Part shown: positions 39,762 through 48,879 of the stretch, one piece after another
Layout of the letters: each line of letters starts with the position of its first letter
Position numbering within the stretch: position 1 is the first letter of the stretch
From: Dehalococcoidia bacterium
Lineage (GTDB): Bacteria; Chloroflexota; Dehalococcoidia; Plut-88900
Assembly (NCBI GenBank): GCA_965249275.1
Contig: CBDFLQ010000006.1
Coordinates: forward strand, 512,001-576,000
Length of the DNA: 64,000 nucleotides
Direction of reading: 5' to 3'
Program-made: the position numbers and the translations under genes
The notes under the pieces: generated by a model
What the model saw: the letters and a program-made list of their open reading frames with translations, nothing else
Told to the model about the DNA's origin: nothing
Databases searched by the model: none

Positions 39762-40583
39762 CTAACAGTTCCCCTTCCCCCGCCCCACCCACACCCGATA
39801 CACCCTGTTCCTCCCCACCCCGTACTCTCGGGCCACCCTATCGACTGCCTCTCTTCCCGAAGCCCCCTCCGACTCAAGACGCTGGAATGCTGACTTCAAC
39901 TCCGTGTCGCTGACATCGGTGTCCGGTTGGGGTTTGGGCCCTATGACTAGCGTGAATTCGCCGCGGGGGTTGGTGAAGTGCGCCCGTGCCTCGGAGGGAG
40001 AGCCCCGGAACACCTCTTCGTGCAGCTTGGTAAGCTCTCGACACACGGCGATCTCCACATCGGGGGCTACCGCGGCGATGTCATCCAGCGCAGCGTGAAT
40101 TCGGTGAGGAGTCTCGAAGGCGACGGTAGTGCGCCCCTCGTCGATCACCGAGGATAGGAGCTTCCTACGCTCTGAACTCTTCCTCGGTAGAAACCCGACG
40201 AAGGTGAATTGAGAAGTCGGAAGCCCCGAAGCTACCAGAGCCGTGATAACCGCCGTGGCCCCGGGAATCGGCACTACGGGCACGGAGTTCTCTATCGCGG
40301 CTGCTATCAGCTCGTGGCCCGGGTCGTTGATGTTAGGCATCCCCGCGTCGGAGACCAGGGCCAGGTCATCGCTTCTCATGTGCTCCACCAGCCGAGACAG
40401 CTTTGCCTCGCCGCTGTGGTCGTGAAAGCTCGTAATGCGGGTCTTTATCCCGTGTCTTTCGAGAAGCCGTCTCGTCTTTCGGGTGTCCTCCGCGGCGATG
40501 AGCGGGACCTCACGCAGGACGCGCAGGGCCCTCAGCGTGATGTCTTCCATGTTACCTATGGGCGTCGCGACTACGTAGAGCAA
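39762..40583 (-). CDS. rsmI: 16S rRNA C1402 2'-O-methyltransferase
   Basis: LYVVATPIGNMEDIT, AAEDTR, VSDAGMP, RELTKLHEE. Confidence 0.97.
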   Translation of the reverse strand: MLYVVATPIGNMEDITLRALRVLREVPLIAAEDTRKTRRLLERHGIKTRITSFHDHSGEAKLSRLVEHMRSDDLALVSDAGMPNINDPGHELIAAAIENSVPVVPIPGATAVITALVASGLPTSQFTFVGFLPRKSSERRKLLSSVIDEGRTTVAFETPHRIHAALDDIAAVAPDVEIAVCRELTKLHEEVFRGSPSEARAHFTNPRGEFTLVIGPKPQPDTDVSDTELKSAFQRLESEGASGREAVDRVAREYGVGRNRVYRVWVGRGKGNC

Positions 40584-40934
40584 CCTATCTCAACCTGCTA
40601 GAGCGGACACATCGGAATTCGGACAATAGTAGCATCCTCCTCAGTAGCAGGTCTTTGTAAAGGCTTTCATGGCGCTCATCGATGGCCCGGCTTGCGCGTA
40701 AACACCGCGTTCAATACACTACGCAGTCAACGCGCTATTTTCGTGCGTGAGTCCTTCGTGGCCAGGGAGACGGAAAATTGAACAATCCCGATTCTTACGA
40801 CCCGTCAGCAAGGACTCACAGCGATTTCCTCGAAATAGCCGACGACGGCCTCATGTGTATGACTGCGTGAATGACGACGAGCTCCGCCGGATGCAGGAAT
40901 TCGCTGTGAGCGCCTTATCGGAGTAGGTACAGAC

Positions 40935-41741
40935 ATGACAAGCGACCAAGTTAAGCAACGGATCGAGGTTTCGAAGACGGAGTCGGCGCGGCTTGGGCAA
41001 CGGCTGAGAGGTCTGTCCGCCGAGGACCTAAACCGGCCCAGCGCCTGCGACCGGTGGGCGGTCGGGGACGTTGTGGCCCATCTCGTGTTCGTTGTGCAGT
41101 TCCAGAAAAACATGATTGTGCGCGGGCTGCAGGGGGAAGACAGCACCCCCGAAGGGGCTCGGAGGCCGGGGGCCGCGGACGTGCCCACAGAGGTGCGGAT
41201 AGCCCAAGGCGCCATAAGACTGAGAGAGAAGCTCGGGGAGGGGCTGCTGGACGCTTTTGACGAGAAGTACCGGGAAAGCTTCGAGCTTGTCGACTCCCTA
41301 AGCCCCGACGACTACACCAAGTCCTGCTGGCACCCATGGGGACCCATGAACGTCGCCGACTTCGTGGACCTGGTTGTCAACGAGCTTGCAATTCACGCCT
41401 GGGACGCCCTATCCCCCCTGGACCCCGACTACCACATGTCGCAGGAGTCGCTACCCGCGGCGCTGGCTATCGGAAGCAAGACGATGGCGCGAATGGCCGC
41501 TACAGGACCTGCGCGGTTCAGGTTTGAGCTGTCGGACGGGCATGAGGTGCCGGACCTGGTTGTCGGGGAAGACGCAGCCCCGGAGACTCCAAGCGCAACA
41601 CTTAACTGCGACGGCGAGGCGTTAGTGCTGATTTCCTGCGGCCGGTTGGGCTTGGAGGATGCGATGTCCTCCGGTCGGCTGAGCGTGTCGGGGGACGAGG
41701 GTCTGGCTCGGGGGCTGGGTCGGGGGCTTACGGGGTTGTAG
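40935..41741 (+). CDS. MDMPI (mycothiol maleylpyruvate isomerase N-terminal/DinB) family protein
   Basis: PSACDRWAVGDVVAHL, ELAIHAWD, SCP2-like C-terminus. Confidence 0.85.
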   Translation: MTSDQVKQRIEVSKTESARLGQRLRGLSAEDLNRPSACDRWAVGDVVAHLVFVVQFQKNMIVRGLQGEDSTPEGARRPGAADVPTEVRIAQGAIRLREKLGEGLLDAFDEKYRESFELVDSLSPDDYTKSCWHPWGPMNVADFVDLVVNELAIHAWDALSPLDPDYHMSQESLPAALAIGSKTMARMAATGPARFRFELSDGHEVPDLVVGEDAAPETPSATLNCDGEALVLISCGRLGLEDAMSSGRLSVSGDEGLARGLGRGLTGL

Positions 41742-41746
41742 GGGAC

Positions 41747-42142
41747 CTACGCAAACGGCAGCTGTATTAATTCAAGGCTGGAAATGCCAGAGAAGTCTCT
41801 GTCATGAGAGGCCAAAGGACATTGCAGCAATATTGCAGTTGCTGCTATCCAGGCGTCCGCTACATCTAAGCGGAGTCCGATAGACTCCCTTTCCCTACGC
41901 ACTTGAGCACAGATGTCCACCATTTCGAAGTTGGGCCAAACAATCTCATATTGGTCAATATGCTGCGATAGCTCGTTCTTGCGCCTTGCTCCCCAACCTT
42001 TCTTATAGGCCCCAAACCAGAGTTCCTCTAACGTTTGGAAAGACAAAAATGTGCGTAGGCCACTAATCATCGATAAGTAACGCAGGGCGCGGTAGTCCCC
42101 GCCAAAAATATACGAAACGATATTAGTATCCAGGATTATCAA
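41747..42142 (-). CDS. PIN-domain (VapC-like) nuclease/toxin
   Basis: IILDTNIVS, ADAWIAATA, LASHDRDF. Confidence 0.9.
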   Translation of the reverse strand: MIILDTNIVSYIFGGDYRALRYLSMISGLRTFLSFQTLEELWFGAYKKGWGARRKNELSQHIDQYEIVWPNFEMVDICAQVRRERESIGLRLDVADAWIAATAILLQCPLASHDRDFSGISSLELIQLPFA

Positions 42143-42999
42143 TTGGGAGTTTCCTCTAAGCGCGTATCCCTTGCTTCGTGGATGATACCTATGAACTCGT
42201 CAGCATCGAAGGGTTCACTTGCTCTAACTACTTTTTCAGGATCGAATATCTTGGGGTTGGGGTTATTTAGGAGCGTTTCCAAGCTAGTAGGGTCGCTCCA
42301 AGCTCGAGTAGCATTGAGTTGCTTAACCTGAACGGTGATCCATTCCCCCTTCACGTTGAGTCGGCCTAGCCCGCGTACATCCACGAATCCATTTGCTAAT
42401 TTCAGCATTTCTATGTCGAGATCACTATCGAAACGCAACTGAACAAATTTATCCCCATATTGATGGAGCTGTGCCGTCCCTTTATGCCAATTCACTTCCT
42501 TCAGCCAGCCGTGCACCAATGCTTTTTCTGTGTCTGAATTTCCAACCGGAGCACGACCTACGCTTTTTATCTTTACCTTACGAGGCTTTTCATCGCTGCC
42601 AATCCAGAGGCTAACATCATCAGGCAGCGCATGTGGTATTTCGTAAAGTCTTCCCGTCACTTCCCCAGGCAGGGTGGAATCCTCGCTCCCATCCCAGTTT
42701 CTTAAGGCATCAAACGCTTGTTGGCCAAAGTCCTCCAAATACCCCTGACGGTCAGGTGGATGTTCTAGGGTCAATTCGGCAACATAAGACCCAACATGAG
42801 TAGCATTCAGACGTAAGGTACTCTGTTCGCGAACCCACTTTGGCGGCTGTCCCGGACTCCGTTGACGTTCGCCTAGGTGTTCCACTATTAGGCGCATCGC
42901 ATCTTGGACACCCTGCATTGCAATCATGAATTCATTCAGGGGCACACTACCATCGCTAACTCGACCACCATCCAATGTTACGAAAAGTTTGTCATTCAC
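42139..42999 (-). CDS. Hypothetical protein translationally coupled to PIN gene
   Basis: 286-aa ORF, 4-bp overlap with PIN gene, AT-richer than flanks. Confidence 0.75.
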   Translation of the reverse strand: MNDKLFVTLDGGRVSDGSVPLNEFMIAMQGVQDAMRLIVEHLGERQRSPGQPPKWVREQSTLRLNATHVGSYVAELTLEHPPDRQGYLEDFGQQAFDALRNWDGSEDSTLPGEVTGRLYEIPHALPDDVSLWIGSDEKPRKVKIKSVGRAPVGNSDTEKALVHGWLKEVNWHKGTAQLHQYGDKFVQLRFDSDLDIEMLKLANGFVDVRGLGRLNVKGEWITVQVKQLNATRAWSDPTSLETLLNNPNPKIFDPEKVVRASEPFDADEFIGIIHEARDTRLEETPN

Positions 43000-43186
43000 C
43001 GTGACCCCCTTCCTGCACCCTAGGATACCGACATGGTGTTAAAGGAGCGCGTATTATATCCTGACCTAGTCTAGATTTCTCGATTTGGATTCTAACAACA
43101 ATTGTAGCCCTACCAAGAAACGCGGAAGTTCTTTCAGTCCTTGCTAGTGAAGTTCGCAGAGGCAGCAATCCCCACTATCAGAGTCC

Positions 43187-44608
43187 CTAGTTCGCGTGCG
43201 CCATCTGCACCGGCGCAGGCCCGATCTTGTTGTAGCAGTCCAGGGCGGCGACTTTGTAGCACTCGGCGAGGGTGGGGTAGTTGAAGACAGTGTTGACGAA
43301 GTAGTCGAGGGTGCCGCCGAAGGCCAGGACGGCTTGGCCTATGTGAATGAGCTCTGAGGCCTCGGCGCCGATGATGTGGATGCCCAGCAACTCCCGGGTG
43401 TCCCTGTGAAACAGCATCTTGAGCATCCCCGTGTCGTCCCCGAGAATGTTGCCCCGCGCTATCTCCCGGTACCTGGCAAGGCCAACCTCGTAAGGGACAC
43501 CGGCCTCGGTCAAAGCCTGCTCGGTGCCACCGACCATCGATAGCTCCGGCACGGAGTAGATGCCGAAGGGGTAGTGGTGGGGGGAGGAGTGGTAGTCGAT
43601 TCCGAAGGCGTGGCAGGCCGCGGCCCTGCCCTGTTCCATGGAGGTCGAGGCCAGGGAGGGGAAGCCCACTACGTCACCGACCGCGTATATGTGGGATTGT
43701 TCAGTCTGGTAGTGATCGCCGACGGGTATGCGGCCTCGGTGGTCGGAGGTCAGGCCGGCGAAGTCGAGGTTCAGGACACCTGTTGCGCCCATCCGCCCAA
43801 CGGAATACATGAGGAGGTCGGATGTGATTCTCTTTCCCGACTTTAGCGAGGCGACGGCCTTGCCGCCGATGGACTCCACGAGCTCCACTTCCTCGCCGAA
43901 CCGGAAGATGCAACCCATGTTGCGCATGTGGTAGACGAGGGCCTCGGTCAATTCCCTGTCGACGAAATCAAGGATGCCGGAACGTTTCTCCACAACGGTG
44001 ACATCCGAGCCGAGGGCGGCGAAGATCGAGGCGTACTCGATTCCTATTACACCCGCGCCGACTACGGTCATGGTGCGCGGAATGGTGTCCAGGCTGAGGA
44101 CGCCGTCAGAGTCGACGATCGCCTTGCTGTCAACGTCGAATCCCGGCAGGGACGCGGGCGTCGTGCCGGTAGCAATGACGATCTTTTCGGCTTCGACTCG
44201 GACCGTGCCCTTTCTCCCGGTGACCGTCAAGACGTTGGGAGATTCGAAGGAGGCCTCGCCCTGCAGGACATCTACGCGATTGCGCCTCATCTGGTGGCGG
44301 ATAACCTCGGTTTCCTGGACGATCACGTGGTTGCAGCGGAAGAGGAGGTCGTCCGCCATGGAGATGTCTTCTTTGACCGTGAAGGAAGAGCCGTAGATTC
44401 CCCGCTGTCGGAAGCCGGTCAGGTATAGCACGGCCTCACGAAAGGTCTTGGAGGGGATGGTACCGGTGTTGATGCACACACCGCCGACGACTTCTCTACG
44501 CTCGCAGATCCCGATCTTTTTGCCCAGCTTGGCAGCCTGGATTGCGGCGCGTTGCCCGGCAGGCCCGGTACCGATCACGAACATATCGTAGCGTCCGTTT
44601 TCGGCCAT
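43187..44608 (-). CDS. sthA: Soluble pyridine nucleotide transhydrogenase
   Basis: GGVCINTGTIPSKTFRE (single Cys), LASTSMEQGR, VFNYPTLAECYKVAA. Confidence 0.93.
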   Translation of the reverse strand: MAENGRYDMFVIGTGPAGQRAAIQAAKLGKKIGICERREVVGGVCINTGTIPSKTFREAVLYLTGFRQRGIYGSSFTVKEDISMADDLLFRCNHVIVQETEVIRHQMRRNRVDVLQGEASFESPNVLTVTGRKGTVRVEAEKIVIATGTTPASLPGFDVDSKAIVDSDGVLSLDTIPRTMTVVGAGVIGIEYASIFAALGSDVTVVEKRSGILDFVDRELTEALVYHMRNMGCIFRFGEEVELVESIGGKAVASLKSGKRITSDLLMYSVGRMGATGVLNLDFAGLTSDHRGRIPVGDHYQTEQSHIYAVGDVVGFPSLASTSMEQGRAAACHAFGIDYHSSPHHYPFGIYSVPELSMVGGTEQALTEAGVPYEVGLARYREIARGNILGDDTGMLKMLFHRDTRELLGIHIIGAEASELIHIGQAVLAFGGTLDYFVNTVFNYPTLAECYKVAALDCYNKIGPAPVQMAHAN

Positions 44609-44688
44609 GTTGCTCCAAAAAGCACGTGGGGGAATTGCCTATAACGCTCTGGCAGTGTAGTTGCCGCCCGCGCGTCGTGTCAATTGAG

Positions 44689-45439
44689 TGCACTCGTTCG
44701 GTAGGTTAGCGACACACCGGCCTTTTCTTCAGTCCTCCAGAGGCGGATGTTCCATCTTCGATTGTGGGGTTTCGGTTTCCGTTCTGTCTGTTAGGTTTTG
44801 GGAAGGCGATGAAAGACGCTTGCTGGATTAGGCTCCCTACATTTAGATAATGCGGGCTAGGAGTCGTCCCGGGAGCGTGGGACGGGTCTCCGCCGCCGCC
44901 TAGACCTGGAAGTATGGTCGGACGTACGGGTCCGTCATCCGTCATAGGCTCCAATGAAGGTTGGCTGCGCTGCGAGACATGCAGGAAGGGGAAAGTCCAG
45001 GGTCAGTTCCCCTCGCAGGAGTACGGGGTATCCAGTTAGCCGCCTGTATCCAGGAGCCGGGAGTGGCGGACAGTCCAGTTTATTTGAGGAAGCGGACGGA
45101 GAGCCGAGCGGGCCTCGGCTACGGGCTGCCCCGTTCCGCTCCATGGGTCGGGTTGCTCCGTGAGGAGACTTTTATGTACGGTCCAGGGCGTCTTCCATCG
45201 CCTAGTGGTCAGGGAAGGGGGAAGGGTACACGGGACCCGGTGGGAAGAGGAGATGGCGACTTTCGCTTGTGCCGCGGGCCTGCGCGAGGGCCGTTGGGAT
45301 GGGCTGAGGCGTTGAGTCCTCGGGTGGGTCGGGTGGGCTTCCCTGGGTTTTTGGTTCCTCCTTAAGGTGGTTGGGCTGGTGTTCGAACGGTGCGGATAGT
45401 AGCACGGGTGTTCAGGTAATGTCAATGGGTTCGTGTCAC
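44689..45439 (-). ncRNA. Candidate large structured ncRNA unit, copy B
   Basis: Same conserved blocks and order as 14175-14911; promoter TTGACA-18-TACTAT; 16-bp long-range helix 45188-45203/44804-44819 with one G-U on the minus strand. Confidence 0.6.
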
Positions 45440-45469
45440 ACTTGGGTGGACACCGCCCCAGCCCCACAG

Positions 45470-45630
45470 GGGAACCCTCACCCCCTTAATCCCCCTCTCC
45501 CTTAGGGCCTTCAAGGGAGAGGGGGAGATAAGAATAGAGGCCCACGTGCGTGCAGAGCACGCACGTGGGCCTCTAATTCAGTACTGGGGGGAGGGGGATG
45601 GATTCCCGATAGGGGTCGGGGATGACGGAG
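45470..45630. repeat. REP-like palindromes and 19-bp perfect hairpin
   Basis: CCCCCTCTCCC...GGGAGAGGGGG; TAGAGGCCCACGTGCGTGC-aga-GCACGCACGTGGGCCTCTA; GGATTCCCGATAGGGGTCGGGGATGACGG. Confidence 0.7.
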
Positions 45631-45650
45631 AGGCTGCGGATGTTTATTGA

Positions 45651-46586
45651 CTAGTTGGAGAAAGACAGGAGTTCGTCGGGGGGTTCTAGCTCATAGGGCT
45701 CGTTGTAGCCGCTGTAGGTAATGGTGATGAAGTCCCGGGTCTCGCCGTCCGAGCCCTGTTCGGCGACTATGACTTTCCTGGTCAGGAAGTCGGTGGCGTC
45801 CACGGTCCTGGTTACGCTGCCTGCCGACCCCGGAGCCAATCCCGTCCCGCCACCCTGGCCTGCAAATTCCGAAATCAAGACGTAGCCTCGGGAGCCATCA
45901 TCCAGGTCCACGATGCCGTCGAAAGAAGCGGTTGGGTCGTTGGGGGCGATTAGGAAGCCGACCAGCTGCAGGGCGGTGAGGAATTCGGTGTCGGGGGGAT
46001 CGCCTTCGTACCATTCACTGGACTCAGGGTTTTGGAAATAAGTGTCGTTACCTATGAAGACTCCGTTAGTCGTGCTGGTTGCTCCCGCTATATTCAAGAC
46101 CATCTCGAATTGGAGGCGGCCGGCTCGGGCCACGATGCCGCTCAACGTCATGGAGAAGTCGGACCCGCCGGAGCCATCCACGGGGAAGAGAGACGGCAGA
46201 TCTACTTCAGCGACGAATGAGACGTTTTCAATCTGCTCGGCGGCAAGGATGCCGCACGACGTGACCACTGCGGCACTGTCCAAGGTGCCATCGGGGGCAC
46301 ATTGAGCGGAGAGGTACCCCGAGGTGTCGACGTCCGGGCTAAGGCCGGCTGCGGGGTCGGGGGTGGGGACGGAAGTTGGTGGGGTGGTGGGTTGATCTGT
46401 AGGGGGAGGAGGTGTGGCCTCGGCTGCCGGAGCGGAGGGTTGGGTGGTGGGTGGAATAGAGGGAACGTCTGTGGGTTCGGGAGTTGCGGTTGGCTCCGGA
46501 TCGCCGCCACAGGCTACGAGGATGACCGCCGCCATGAAAAGAGCGGCTGCCACATAGACTATTCTTTTCAATTTAAACCCCTTCAA
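45651..46586 (-). CDS. Lipoprotein, Pro/Thr-rich linker plus LppX/LprAFG-like domain
   Basis: Lipobox LVAC-GG, PT-rich linker, C-terminal ITITYSGYNEPYELEPP. Confidence 0.7.
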   Translation of the reverse strand: MKGFKLKRIVYVAAALFMAAVILVACGGDPEPTATPEPTDVPSIPPTTQPSAPAAEATPPPPTDQPTTPPTSVPTPDPAAGLSPDVDTSGYLSAQCAPDGTLDSAAVVTSCGILAAEQIENVSFVAEVDLPSLFPVDGSGGSDFSMTLSGIVARAGRLQFEMVLNIAGATSTTNGVFIGNDTYFQNPESSEWYEGDPPDTEFLTALQLVGFLIAPNDPTASFDGIVDLDDGSRGYVLISEFAGQGGGTGLAPGSAGSVTRTVDATDFLTRKVIVAEQGSDGETRDFITITYSGYNEPYELEPPDELLSFSN

Positions 46587-46665
46587 TCAGGTGGCCGACG
46601 ATTTTAAAGCTGGTCGGCGTTCCCTAAATCGTACCATTTTTTGAACAGGGCTTGGGGAAGTGTCA

Positions 46666-46974
46666 TCAAAAAGACATGTTCAGAGTGCGCTCCAGATTGG
46701 AGAGATATTCAGCGAAGGCGCGTCGGCCTGCGGATGTGGCCTCGACCCAGGTGCGGGGCTTGGCATCCACAAACTCCTTGGTCGTGGCTACGTACCCGGC
46801 CTCCTCCAACTTTCGCAAATGGATTGTCAGGTTGCCGCCAGTCAGGCCCAGGCTCTTCTGAATGAGGCCGTAGGCGACCCGATCAGTCTGGGACCGGTGC
46901 GCCAGGAGCGTCATGATGCGAAGGCGGGTTGATTGATGAATTATCTCGTCGAGGACGGCAGGCGCGTCACTCAT
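46666..46974 (-). CDS. Winged-helix transcriptional regulator (HTH_34 type)
   Basis: LDEIIHQSTRLRIM, LTGGNLTIHLRKLEEAGYV; ATGA overlap with upstream gene. Confidence 0.88.
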   Translation of the reverse strand: MSDAPAVLDEIIHQSTRLRIMTLLAHRSQTDRVAYGLIQKSLGLTGGNLTIHLRKLEEAGYVATTKEFVDAKPRTWVEATSAGRRAFAEYLSNLERTLNMSF

Positions 46975-47606
46975 GCGACGCCGGTTTTGCGAATCCAAGT
47001 CCAGGCTATGGCCACGGCCGTCAACACGAGTACGGCTGATACAGCGTTAGAAAAATCTCCGGCGAAATAGGAAGGCGCGTAGTGAGCGGCGGCGATACCC
47101 ACGCCCATGAGTGCAATTGCCTTGTGATGCATGATGCCAAAAAGAATGTAACCGAGCGCTACAATCCCTACGGCTACACGGGATATGGCAAGCTCATTGG
47201 ACTCAATAGTCCACAAGCCGGACGCCGCCGGGATGACGAAAGCGGCCGTGATAACGGTCATCCAGAAGAAGAACACTCGGAGCCCGGCGCGGGTGGCAGT
47301 AGGACCGTCGGAGTTCGCGTGCCCGGCTCGGTACCCCAATATGGAGCTGCCGATCATGCCAATAGTCCCTAACACGCCCCACAAGGGGCCCGGAAACCAG
47401 GGATAGTCGTCTGCAAATGTCGGGAAAGCCACCTCCACTACGAATTGAGTCAGGTAGCCCACCGAAACGATGACTCCCCATAGCAACAAGATGGATGGCC
47501 AACCCGCCACATACATAAGGCTGCGGGACCTGTCCAAAGTTGCGTGAATGGACTCCCATGCGTCCTCTGAAGTAATGCGATGTTCTTCACGATCTTGATT
47601 CTTCAT
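46971..47606 (-). CDS. Hypothetical membrane protein, operonic with regulator
   Basis: About 6 TM segments; GGAGAG RBS before ATG 47606. Confidence 0.8.
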   Translation of the reverse strand: MKNQDREEHRITSEDAWESIHATLDRSRSLMYVAGWPSILLLWGVIVSVGYLTQFVVEVAFPTFADDYPWFPGPLWGVLGTIGMIGSSILGYRAGHANSDGPTATRAGLRVFFFWMTVITAAFVIPAASGLWTIESNELAISRVAVGIVALGYILFGIMHHKAIALMGVGIAAAHYAPSYFAGDFSNAVSAVLVLTAVAIAWTWIRKTGVA

Positions 47607-47645
47607 GTTATCTCTCCCGGCAGCCTTGGTTTTTGCCCGTATGTG

Positions 47646-47680
47646 CAAACTAGTTTGTAATACAAACTATCTCGTGTCAA
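47646..47680 (-). promoter_or_regulatory. Promoter with palindromic operator
   Basis: TTGACA -35 on minus strand; AGTTTGTA-A-TACAAACT palindrome 47652-47668, probably bound by the downstream regulator. Confidence 0.55.
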
Positions 47681-48065
47681 GAGGAGCACGGGTGGGCTGA
47701 GGTTCACGTGGGGGATAGATAAGGATCGGGCCGGGCTGCCGAGGGCAGATGAGGGGGTGGAATCAAGTGAAGGGGACGTCGGATTGTATGCCGTCAGCTG
47801 AACTCCGTAGCTTCTGCGTTCCGGCGGGTCTTCAGCGGTGGCCGGTAGGGACAAATGTCGGGTTCCAGAACGCACCTTTATTGCGGGAGCATCATATACG
47901 GCGCCGGCTTTATTAAAGCACTGGTTTGAAAATCATCGGCCACCGGAGTGCTGAATCCCACGCCACGCAAGGTCGATTCTAAGAGTGAGAATGCGTGATG
48001 TGCAGCTATCTAGGTCGAGGAGGTTCGCCGAACACGCGGTAGGCGGGGGGGCGGCCATGCGGAAA

Positions 48066-48142
48066 TGGTGGGCGATACTGGACTCGAACCAGTGACCTCT
48101 GCGATGTCAACGCAGCGCTCTAACCAACTGAGCTAACCGCCC
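48066..48142 (-). tRNA. tRNA-Val(GAC)
   Basis: Reverse complement GGGCGGTTAGCTCAGTTGGTTAGAGCG-CTGCG-TTGACAT-CGCAG...GGTTCGAGTCC...CCA. Confidence 0.96.
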
Positions 48143-48152
48143 CGGTGTTCCG

Positions 48153-48181
48153 AGTCTAGCAAAGGGGATTTTGCGAGTCAA
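48153..48181 (-). promoter_or_regulatory. tRNA-Val promoter
   Basis: TTGACT-17-TAGACT with extended TG on minus strand. Confidence 0.65.
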
Positions 48182-48288
48182 CAAAGGCTCGGGCGGCAGG
48201 GGTCAAGGGCCTGAGGGAGGCACATAATTGCGATTACGTCAAGTTGAGGTAGGGACGGGCAAGAAAACAAGTAGCAGGTGGACAATCC

Positions 48289-48579
48289 TTAAAAGGATTC
48301 AGCTTCAACGAACAAGAATTTCTCTATCTGCTCGATTACCTGGTCGAAATTTGTAAATGCCAAAAGTGCGCACGTCCCACATAACACTGCCTTCTTTTTT
48401 TGGACGCTTTCAAAGGAGACCATAGCGTGGGATTTGCCAGCCGTCCCCGTGTCGGCCCGTTTAGTTGTCAGGGCGTAACGAAGGGCTTCTACAGGTATCT
48501 CTTGGCTACATCTATAGCAGGAGATAATAGATTCCTCTTTGGGGAGAGCGGTAAGGCGAATGGCAACTAGGTTTGTCAT
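48289..48579 (-). CDS. Hypothetical small protein with two CxxC motifs
   Basis: CYRC...CGTC. Confidence 0.5.
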   Translation of the reverse strand: MTNLVAIRLTALPKEESIISCYRCSQEIPVEALRYALTTKRADTGTAGKSHAMVSFESVQKKKAVLCGTCALLAFTNFDQVIEQIEKFLFVEAESF

Positions 48580-48619
48580 TTTTTAGTAATGGCGACCTAA
48601 CTTACGAGATGGAAACTCG

Positions 48620-48847
48620 CTACCATCCGGCGTCCGTAAGCCTGTTGCCGCAGGGGCATTGAATGATCGTAGTTTCGTGATGGTGTTCTCCGTGGTTAAT
48701 CACTGTAAATCCCTCTGGCACACTGCGAATGTGTCTACCTCGGCTCCCCTTAACAAATGACCAACCGTCGTTCTCTCTAACTTCAACGACACCACCACGA
48801 CCGCAATCAGGGCATCTGAGATCCCTGCTGTACCTGTCAGTTGCCAT
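48620..48847 (-). CDS. Hypothetical small zinc-ribbon-like protein
   Basis: AAGGAG RBS; CPDCG...CPCG. Confidence 0.6.
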   Translation of the reverse strand: MATDRYSRDLRCPDCGRGGVVEVRENDGWSFVKGSRGRHIRSVPEGFTVINHGEHHHETTIIQCPCGNRLTDAGW

Positions 48848-48879
48848 TGGCCGTTACTCCTTGCAGGTGGATCGGCTGG

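Noticed and set aside
47695-47812. c-di-AMP (ydaO) riboswitch-like words (GGGGTGGAATC, CCGTCAGCTGAACTCCGTAG)
   Set aside because: The 5' half matches poorly and no co-oriented gene lies downstream
48066-48142. tRNA-Val as integrase attachment site for the adjacent island
   Set aside because: The island lies upstream of the tRNA 5' end, no tRNA 3' duplication or integrase is seen, and TIR plus TSD explain the boundaries
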